Shown here: positions 46,775 to 53,125 of the stretch, one piece after another
Layout: each line of letters opens with the position of its first letter
Position numbering within the stretch: position 1 is the stretch's first letter
Virus record (IMG/VR): IMGVR_UViG_3300038393_000879
Reading direction: 5' to 3' (one strand)
Source of the DNA: a virus
DNA length: 56,543 bases
Notes under the pieces: model-generated
The model's input: only the letters and a program-made list of their open reading frames with translations
Database searches by the model: none
What the model was told of the DNA's origin: nothing
Program-made: the position numbers and the translations under genes

Positions 46775-46847
46775 CCCGGACCGTCGAGGGGCTCGCCTTT
46801 TGGCGTCTTCCTCTAGGTTTCGACGCTTGCGGCGTCTCATCAGCGGG
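46775..46847 (-). ncRNA. Type I hammerhead ribozyme, copy 4
   Basis: CCCG-CUGAUGA-GACGC-CGCAA-GCGUC-GAAA-CCUAGAGG..CCUCGACGG-UC|CGGG; predicted cleavage between 46779 and 46778. Confidence 0.88.
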
Positions 46848-46850
46848 TTT

Positions 46851-47141
46851 TTAAAAATCGTTTAAAAATTGTTGTTTTCTTTCTGCTAAAACCTGGATAT
46901 AGTTTTCAGCGTATTTTTTTTGTGTTAGTAAATAGCTATCCTCTAGGTCGTGCAGTTGGTGACTATAGCAGAACCAAACGAGTTCGACGAGTGCCACGAG
47001 TTCCTTTTTGTTCGCAATCTGTAAGCCAAACTTTAAGGCGTCAACTCTGCGGAAAAGTTCGTCTTTCGTTGTAAATTCTAACTTGTGCCCCACTAGTTCC
47101 ATACCGATATAATTTAATGTTTGAAGTTCGTTCTTTTTCAT
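46851..47141 (-). CDS. Hypothetical protein
   Basis: 96-aa ORF; RBS gaggtgaaaa. Confidence 0.55.
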   Translation of the reverse strand: MKKNELQTLNYIGMELVGHKLEFTTKDELFRRVDALKFGLQIANKKELVALVELVWFCYSHQLHDLEDSYLLTQKKYAENYIQVLAERKQQFLNDF

Positions 47142-47206
47142 TTTTTTTCACCTCGTGAACCGTGCCAGCCTTTAAAAAACTAGCCGGAGGGGTCTCAAAA
47201 TCTGCG

Positions 47207-47281
47207 CCCCAGACCGTCGAGGCGTTGCCGTTACGCTTGCCTCTAGGTTTCGAAACGCCGCCGCGTTTCTCGTCAGTGGGA
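47207..47281 (-). ncRNA. Type I hammerhead ribozyme, copy 5
   Basis: UCCCA-CUGACGA-GAAACGC-GGCG-GCGUUUC-GAAA-CCUAGAGGC..GCCUCGACGG-UC|UGGGG; predicted cleavage between 47212 and 47211. Confidence 0.88.
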
Positions 47282-47608
47282 TTTTTTAACTCTGTAGACT
47301 GCTACTTTATACTCGGTCATGGGTTCCAGTTCGTAACCGTTCAAGCCGCCGCTTTTTTCAATTTTATTTATCAGCGCGTCGCTGCTGTGGTCTCCGTCGC
47401 GGTCCTCGAAAATTAAAACCTCGTTTTCGCTTGCGTTCATACCGTAAAATCTATTGACGCGCTGCACTGCTTCGCCTTCGTGAAACTCGAGAACCGTCTT
47501 TAACTCGCTCGGCTCTATGTCCAGTGACGCCCATAACTTGCGGTCCGCTGCGCTCATTTTTGGATTTACTAACTTTTCAATTTTATTTTTTAGCTGTTCG
47601 ATTTTCAT
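47273..47608 (-). CDS. Hypothetical protein, first gene of the ribozyme operon
   Basis: 111-aa ORF; RBS agggaggtcg; its UGA stop lies inside the ribozyme CUGA core. Confidence 0.6.
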   Translation of the reverse strand: MKIEQLKNKIEKLVNPKMSAADRKLWASLDIEPSELKTVLEFHEGEAVQRVNRFYGMNASENEVLIFEDRDGDHSSDALINKIEKSGGLNGYELEPMTEYKVAVYRVKKSH

Positions 47609-47633
47609 ATTATCGACCTCCCTTGTCCCTTAC

Positions 47634-47662
47634 TTTATAAATCCATTGTTTTTATTTGTCAA
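47634..47662 (-). promoter_or_regulatory. Sigma-A-type early promoter of the ribozyme operon
   Basis: aaaaagtaTTTGACAa-17 nt-TATAAA. Confidence 0.6.
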
Positions 47663-47879
47663 ATACTTTTTTTATTATTTTGTGTTCGGAACGGCGGAAC
47701 CGTTGGAAACACTGGAAAAAATATTTTTCGTTTGTTTTTATATTCTAGTTATCGGAAACAATCGGCGGGAACTTTAGAAAATAATCGGTTATTTTTTGGG
47801 GGACGGTAACAAAAAGAAAAGAAGCAAAAGAAAAAGAAATAACTATATTATATTATACGAGAAAAACAACACCTTAAAT

Positions 47880-48300
47880 TTTTATGGGTGGCGGGGGGTC
47901 TTCGAAAATGTGGCGGTTTATCGTTTTTATTTTCTGGGAAATGGTGGAGAACAGCGGGGAAATTATCGCCGGCATTGTCTCGAATAAATCGGCGGTAACG
48001 TCTAAAGACGTATGGGGAAACGGTGGGGAAATCGTGGGAAATTGTCGGCAATACTGACACGGAAAACCTAACGGAAAAACCTGCGTTTTGGGGTACGTTT
48101 GGGGACATGTAAACAGCCGGCAAATCCGCGCTGTGTCTGGCGTCGGGGGATCGGTTGGGGTTCGCGCTGTGGGTTCGTTGTGGTATCGTTTGGAGCTGCG
48201 TGAAATGGCGTCTGCATGCGCTTGCCGTAACTCGGACGGGGGAGAAGCTGCGGGAAACATTGGGGGTTACGCTGCAGCCCATGGGGGAGTAAGCGCGAAG
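47880..48300. repeat. Non-coding G-run / GGGAAA iteron-like repeat field
   Basis: GGGGAAACGGT-GGGGAAATCGT-GGGAAATTGTC in tandem at 48014-48046, plus many dispersed GGGAAA/CGGAAA and GGGG tracts, all on the + strand. Confidence 0.7.
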
Positions 48301-48740
48301 GCACTTCGAACAACAAAAAAATTATTTATTTCTTGCTGCAAATACGCCGGAACGGGCGGGACGGACACCATTCGTTAGAATTGTGTTTGTGTTTGTTCGC
48401 TGAAACAATCGCCAGACCTTGCGCCGCTTGCGGTTTCTGCTAATTAAAGGGCGAGGGGTACGCCCCCGGTATGCAAGAGCCGCCCCGCCGCCGAACGCGC
48501 AACGCTAAGTGTTTGACGCACGTTCTCATCGAAATTTCAATGTTGGAGTAACGCCGTTCGATCGTCGATTGTGCGTTGTTCCTGAAGCATAGCTTCGCAT
48601 GCAGGCGTTGTTCATGCGTCAATTTATCGTCTGTTCATACGAGGTTGCCACCCCATCGTGAAAATGTCGTTCCAAAAATTGATGAAATCGCATAAAATTT
48701 CGCGAAAAATTTTTCACAAATACGGGGGTCTGCGTGGCAT

Positions 48741-48965
48741 GGTCGGTAATTAACTTCTGACCTCGATTTATACGTAGATCGGTAATTCATTTCTTATCCG
48801 AGTATCTTACTACGAATTAGCGTAAGCCCGGTAAATCAACATTTTCAGCGACAGGTCGGAAATTGGTTACAGGTCGGTAAAATATTGCAGGTTACAATAA
48901 TATAATATATATTATTAATTTCTAAAAGATATATAAATAATGGTGACCGGAAATAAACTTCTGAC
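48741..48965. repeat. Six YCGG(T/A)AAW boxes, two AACTTCTGAC boxes and an AT-rich tract (candidate origin)
   Basis: ggtcggtaatt, atcggtaattc, cccggtaaatc, ggtcggaaatt, ggtcggtaaaa, gaccggaaata; AT-only run at 48895-48945. Confidence 0.7.
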
Positions 48966-49066
48966 GTATATAAAACGAGGTAACGCTATAAGTGATACAT
49001 ACGTTATTACCTTAGAAACATTAAATAAACGCTTATGCGTTTATACACGCTTTAACACAGAACGAT

Positions 49067-49092
49067 AAAAAAAACAGACGGGATCCCTCCCG
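49067..49092 (-). terminator. Rho-independent terminator
   Basis: CGGGA-GGGA-UCCCG followed by a U-run on the - strand. Confidence 0.7.
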
Positions 49093-49102
49093 CCGACCAT
49101 CG

Positions 49103-49294
49103 TTACCCCATTCGCTCTTCCGTTTTCTGCGCTTGGTACATAGCAACCGCCTCGTAATAATAACTCGTCAGATCCATTTCATACGCTCGTCGATATATCT
49201 TACCGAGCTTACGCATGTCCCCCAGTTCCATCGCCATCGACACCTCTTTCGTTAGTTCCATACGCAGCTGCTCGTTGGTTTTTTGCTTCTCCAT
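49103..49294 (-). CDS. Hypothetical protein (63 aa)
   Basis: ggggggtgatcgtATG. Confidence 0.5.
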   Translation of the reverse strand: MEKQKTNEQLRMELTKEVSMAMELGDMRKLGKIYRRAYEMDLTSYYYEAVAMYQAQKTEERMG

Positions 49295-49340
49295 ACGATC
49301 ACCCCCCATTTATTTAATGGTACCAGCGTTTTCTAATGTG

Positions 49341-49502
49341 TCAATTGTTTTTCCATCGTTTGCGTTGTTGCCGGACATACCTGCGTCTTTCGATCATATC
49401 GCTGTTTAGCATGTAATAGACTTGCCACAGTGCCCATGCAGCGATAACAACCGTAGCAATAAATACAATCGCAAATACCGCGATAGCGAATAATTCGCCC
49501 AT
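49341..49502 (-). CDS. Small membrane protein (53 aa); not in the supplied ORF track
   Basis: ggaggtaacgctATG; ELFAIAVFAIVFIATVVIAAWALW. Confidence 0.45.
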   Translation of the reverse strand: MGELFAIAVFAIVFIATVVIAAWALWQVYYMLNSDMIERRRYVRQQRKRWKNN

Positions 49503-49523
49503 AGCGTTACCTCCGTTTTCTTT

Positions 49524-49616
49524 TTAGTGGCGCCATCTGTAACGAGCATAGGCTTTCTTGCCGTGTCCCCATCGTCCGTTGCGATAATGCCATTTTTTCC
49601 ACCAGTTAATTTTCAT
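49524..49616 (-). CDS. Basic, W/R/K-rich micropeptide (30 aa); not in the supplied ORF track
   Basis: ggaggtgatcgtATG; MKINWWKKWHYRNGRWGHGKKAYARYRWRH. Confidence 0.35.
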   Translation of the reverse strand: MKINWWKKWHYRNGRWGHGKKAYARYRWRH

Positions 49617-50238
49617 ACGATCACCTCCGATTTATTTAACAATAAACCGGTTTTAAAATCTGTCAACACATAAATTCCGATCACATCGTGGATTACATTA
49701 TGTTTGTGAAATTGTGTTCACGCTCGACCTTTCCAGAGAGAAGGGCGCAGCCCCAAAAAGCAGTATTTGAAAAAAAATAAAAAAATATGAAAAAAGTTTA
49801 AAAATCTTGCAGCCCAAAACTGACATATTGCTTATTTAATAGTGTAGGGGTAAAAATCATAACGCGGAACCGACGAATTGCAGGCGCTTGCCATTTGGCA
49901 TTCACTCTCGGTTCCCACAAAAAATGGAGCGTGTTAATTTGAAGTTCATCGACCTGATCTCGAAAGTAACATTTAAAAACGGCGAACCAGAACCAAACAA
50001 TAAAGTACATAAAATGGTTGTCGCAGCAATCGCTCGACACTCCAAATAATTCATTTGAGTTGCTTCGAATGAAAACCACCGGGAGCTACGGCTCCCACCC
50101 CATTTTATTCACGCAATATTTTGATCAACAGTATCACATATAAACCGAGAAAGCCAAACGGTAAAACGAAATGAGTAAGGAATTCTTTCATTTTGCACCC
50201 CGTTATTTAGTATTCCCAAAATTTATATTTTCATATTA

Positions 50239-50397
50239 GCGTTAAGTTTCTAATCCCAAAGTGTAAAATCTGGTTGCCTCGACTTGGTGGTGATGTTCGA
50301 GGTTTCTTTGTGTGCTCGGGTAGTGGCTAGAGGAACCACCTGACGCGATTACCGCAAGCTCGTTCTGGTGTGTTCGAGTTGATTAGAACTTTAACGC
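50239..50397. other. Long-range inverted repeat closing a ~125-nt multi-hairpin element upstream of terS
   Basis: GCGTTAAGTTTCTAATC (50239-50255) pairs with GATTAGAACTTTAACGC (50381-50397) at 16 of 17 positions, one a G.U wobble; inner hairpin CCTCGA…TCGAGG. Confidence 0.6.
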
Positions 50398-50578
50398 TGT
50401 TATGAACCCGAAACGGGACTAACGGCAAACTCAATTTTCCAACCCCCATTTCCCTGTTCTCCCCTGTTTGGTGGCGGTGCTACGGTTTTCCCCAACTCTA
50501 GCGCTGCCATATTTTATTTTGTGATTGAACAGTGTCGGGGGCGAACAAACATGTATATTACCGAAAGGGGGTAACGAA

Positions 50579-51043
50579 ATGGCAAACAAAGAAATTGATT
50601 ACAGTAAGTTTTCACCGGAACAGTTAACTGCGGCAAGACTGCTCGCTGACCCGGACACACGCTTAACCGTGAAAGAGATCGCTAAACAAAGCGGCGTATC
50701 GGATCGCACCATTTACAGATGGAAAGAAGACAGAGAGTTCATCGCATTAGTTAACGACCTGGCGGATCGTTATATGGATAGTTTTTTATCCGAAGTGTAT
50801 CGCCAATTACAAAAAGGCGTTAAACGCGGAAACACACGCGCCATTGAGATGGCATTAAAGAGACAGCAGAAACTCGTAGAGGTTCGAAAAGTAGAGGGAG
50901 AAGTTCAGCACACAGTTGCGATCGAGGGAAAAACCAACGACCAGCTATTGGCTGAAATTGAGGAATTGGAACGCAGGCAGCGGATTGAAATGGGCGAAGT
51001 AGTCGAAGTAACCCCAGAAAAAAATGAGGAAGACGGTGTATAA
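50579..51043 (+). CDS. terS: Terminase small subunit
   Basis: HTH TVKEIAKQSGVSDRTIYRWK; lies directly upstream of terL; RBS aaaggggg. Confidence 0.7.
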   Translation: MANKEIDYSKFSPEQLTAARLLADPDTRLTVKEIAKQSGVSDRTIYRWKEDREFIALVNDLADRYMDSFLSEVYRQLQKGVKRGNTRAIEMALKRQQKLVEVRKVEGEVQHTVAIEGKTNDQLLAEIEELERRQRIEMGEVVEVTPEKNEEDGV

Positions 51044-51045
51044 GC

Positions 51046-52701
51046 ATGACTTCGAAAGAGCGATTACAGCGAATTCAGCTGCTTAAGAAACACGCCGGCT
51101 TACTGAAGACATCGTGGGGATCGACCCCAACGCAAGCTGACCTAGCCAAGTATTACGAAATACTAAAGGAAATTGAGAAAGTCCAGCGGATCGAAGACAG
51201 TTTCAAGGACATTATGGTTTTTGCGAAAAACTATTTTACCGGGAAACCGCCACACGATTTATTAAAAGCGGACACACCTTCGCCGGCATTTCATTATGAA
51301 TTAGCAGAAGAAATTCGGCAGGCGATATTTTCGCCGATAACAGAAAAGATCGTGGCAGCGGCACCCCGCTCACACGCTAAATCAACACTCGTTACAAACT
51401 TAACTTTACTGTATATCATCGCATACCAAGAGGACATTTTAGATCCATACTGGATTATCGTATCGGACAAGCAAGATAACGCTCGAAAGTTCCTTGATGT
51501 TATTAAGTCTGAAATCGAAGACAACGAACTGTTTATCGAAGACTTTGGGAACCTAAAAGGGGCAACATGGAATTCGTTAGAAATCGTTACCGCAAACGGT
51601 GTTAAGATGTCGGCACACGGTGCTGGTGAAGCACTTCGCGGACTTAAATTTGGTTCGTTCCGTCCAAACGCGGTTCTCGATGATATTGAAAGTGATGAAA
51701 GTTGTTCGACGGCGGATAGAATTGAAAAAATCGTAGATTGGTTCGACAGAACGGTTTTACCGCTCGGCGATCCAAAACGAATGAAATGTTTTTTTGTTGG
51801 GACGGTTATTCATTATAACTCGTTGTTGAGCCAAGTTATCAATAACCGAGGAGATTGGAAAGCGTTCAAATATAAAGCGATTGAACAGTTCCCGGAACGA
51901 ATGGATCTGTGGAATAAATGGGAAGAGATGTATCACGATCGCTCTGAAGGGAGAAATCCATCGGAAGCCGCAAGAATAGCTCGTGATAATGCGTTAGACT
52001 TTTATGCTAAAAACAAAGCGATCATGGACGCTGGTTCACAGGTTCTTTGGGAAGAGCGTATCAATCTTGTTGAGTTAATGGAAAAACGGGCACAACGCAG
52101 ATTGGCGTTTAACTCGGAATACCAGAACGAGCCAATTGATGAGGCTACGCGGATCTTTTCAAAGCTGCATTACTTCGAGCCAGACGATGTTCGCATATCG
52201 GATCTTGATATTTACGGAGCATGCGACCCATCAATGGGACAATCCAAACGGTCTGACCCAAGCGTTATTATTACCGTCGGCAGACACAAGAAGACGGGAG
52301 TTGTTTATGTACTCGATGTTGATGTAAAGCGTCGTCACCCGGACCAAATAATCCAGGACATTTTCAAAAAAGCCAACAGTTTTAATTATGTAATGTTTAG
52401 CATTGAAACGATTGCTTTCCAGCAATTTATGAAAGACGAATTGATGAAGCGAAGCGCTGAACAAGGTATTTATTTACCGCTGAAAGAATTTAAATCAACG
52501 GTCAAAAAGGAAATTCGTATCACTTCGATCGAGCCGTTAATGACCAGTGGTTATATTCGTATTCTTCCCACACAACGAGATCTTATCGAGCAGCTCGAGT
52601 ATTTTCCGAAAAGCTCACACGACGACGCGATTGACGCACTTTCGCAAGTGATGGAGCTAGCGAAAAGAAAAGGTTCCGGTTTAGTATTTGCAAAATTTTA
52701 A
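51046..52701 (+). CDS. terL: Terminase large subunit
   Basis: ATPase motifs AAPRSHAKST and VLDDIESDE; C-terminal nuclease-like GACDPS…; 551 aa. Confidence 0.85.
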   Translation: MTSKERLQRIQLLKKHAGLLKTSWGSTPTQADLAKYYEILKEIEKVQRIEDSFKDIMVFAKNYFTGKPPHDLLKADTPSPAFHYELAEEIRQAIFSPITEKIVAAAPRSHAKSTLVTNLTLLYIIAYQEDILDPYWIIVSDKQDNARKFLDVIKSEIEDNELFIEDFGNLKGATWNSLEIVTANGVKMSAHGAGEALRGLKFGSFRPNAVLDDIESDESCSTADRIEKIVDWFDRTVLPLGDPKRMKCFFVGTVIHYNSLLSQVINNRGDWKAFKYKAIEQFPERMDLWNKWEEMYHDRSEGRNPSEAARIARDNALDFYAKNKAIMDAGSQVLWEERINLVELMEKRAQRRLAFNSEYQNEPIDEATRIFSKLHYFEPDDVRISDLDIYGACDPSMGQSKRSDPSVIITVGRHKKTGVVYVLDVDVKRRHPDQIIQDIFKKANSFNYVMFSIETIAFQQFMKDELMKRSAEQGIYLPLKEFKSTVKKEIRITSIEPLMTSGYIRILPTQRDLIEQLEYFPKSSHDDAIDALSQVMELAKRKGSGLVFAKF

Positions 52702-52717
52702 AAAGGAGACTAGATAA

Positions 52718-53110
52718 ATGGCTGGGAATATGACTACTTACCTAGAAAACAAATTGCTTGCACATTCTCTTGGTCAAGCGGCTTTTACAATGCCTGCAAC
52801 TGTTTATGTAGGTTTATTTACCGCTGATCCAACCGCTGCTGGCACACAGACATCTGAAGTTACTGGCGGAAGCTACGCTAGACAAGCTGTTACAGTAAAT
52901 GCGCCGGTTAACGGTTCAACTGCAAACAGCGCTCAAATTCAATTCCCGCAAGCTACGGCTGCATGGGGTACGGTTGCGTATATCGGAATTATGGACGCTT
53001 CTACTGGTGGAAATATGCTATGGCAAGGTGCACTCGCTACACCTCAAACAGTAAACAACAGCGACACATTCCAATTTACAGCGGGTTCTTTGACCGTTAG
53101 TATCTCCTAA
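52718..53110 (+). CDS. Hypothetical protein (130 aa)
   Basis: RBS aaaggagac; unusual position between terL and portal. Confidence 0.55.
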   Translation: MAGNMTTYLENKLLAHSLGQAAFTMPATVYVGLFTADPTAAGTQTSEVTGGSYARQAVTVNAPVNGSTANSAQIQFPQATAAWGTVAYIGIMDASTGGNMLWQGALATPQTVNNSDTFQFTAGSLTVSIS

Positions 53111-53125
53111 TAGGGTGTGAGCTAA

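Noticed and set aside
44545-47281. The five ~80-nt repeats as a CRISPR array
   Set aside because: Repeat spacing is irregular (about 430-1030 bp) and the intervals contain RBS-supported genes. The repeats are long, structured and only partly conserved, and no cas genes are present. They fit the hammerhead consensus instead.
47848-48316. Overlapping 82-144-aa - strand ORFs rich in Pro/Arg
   Set aside because: These are read-through frames of the C-rich complement of the G-run repeat field. They have no RBS and mutually overlapping frames. The region is treated as non-coding.
48408-48450. Possible sixth, degenerate ribozyme copy (GCCAGACC…GCGGTTTCTGC)
   Set aside because: It shares only the GUC/GAAAC-like fragments. 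There is no CUGANGA box and no stem I or II partners.
48440-48500. GC-rich segment as a twister or other small self-cleaving ribozyme
   Set aside because: Only a GGGG-UACG-CCCC hairpin is evident. I could not place the conserved twister, pistol or hatchet core nucleotides.
49798-50079. 93-aa - strand ORF
   Set aside because: It has no RBS and an odd Phe/Trp/Cys-rich composition. It overlaps promoter, hairpin and terminator-like signals on the + strand.
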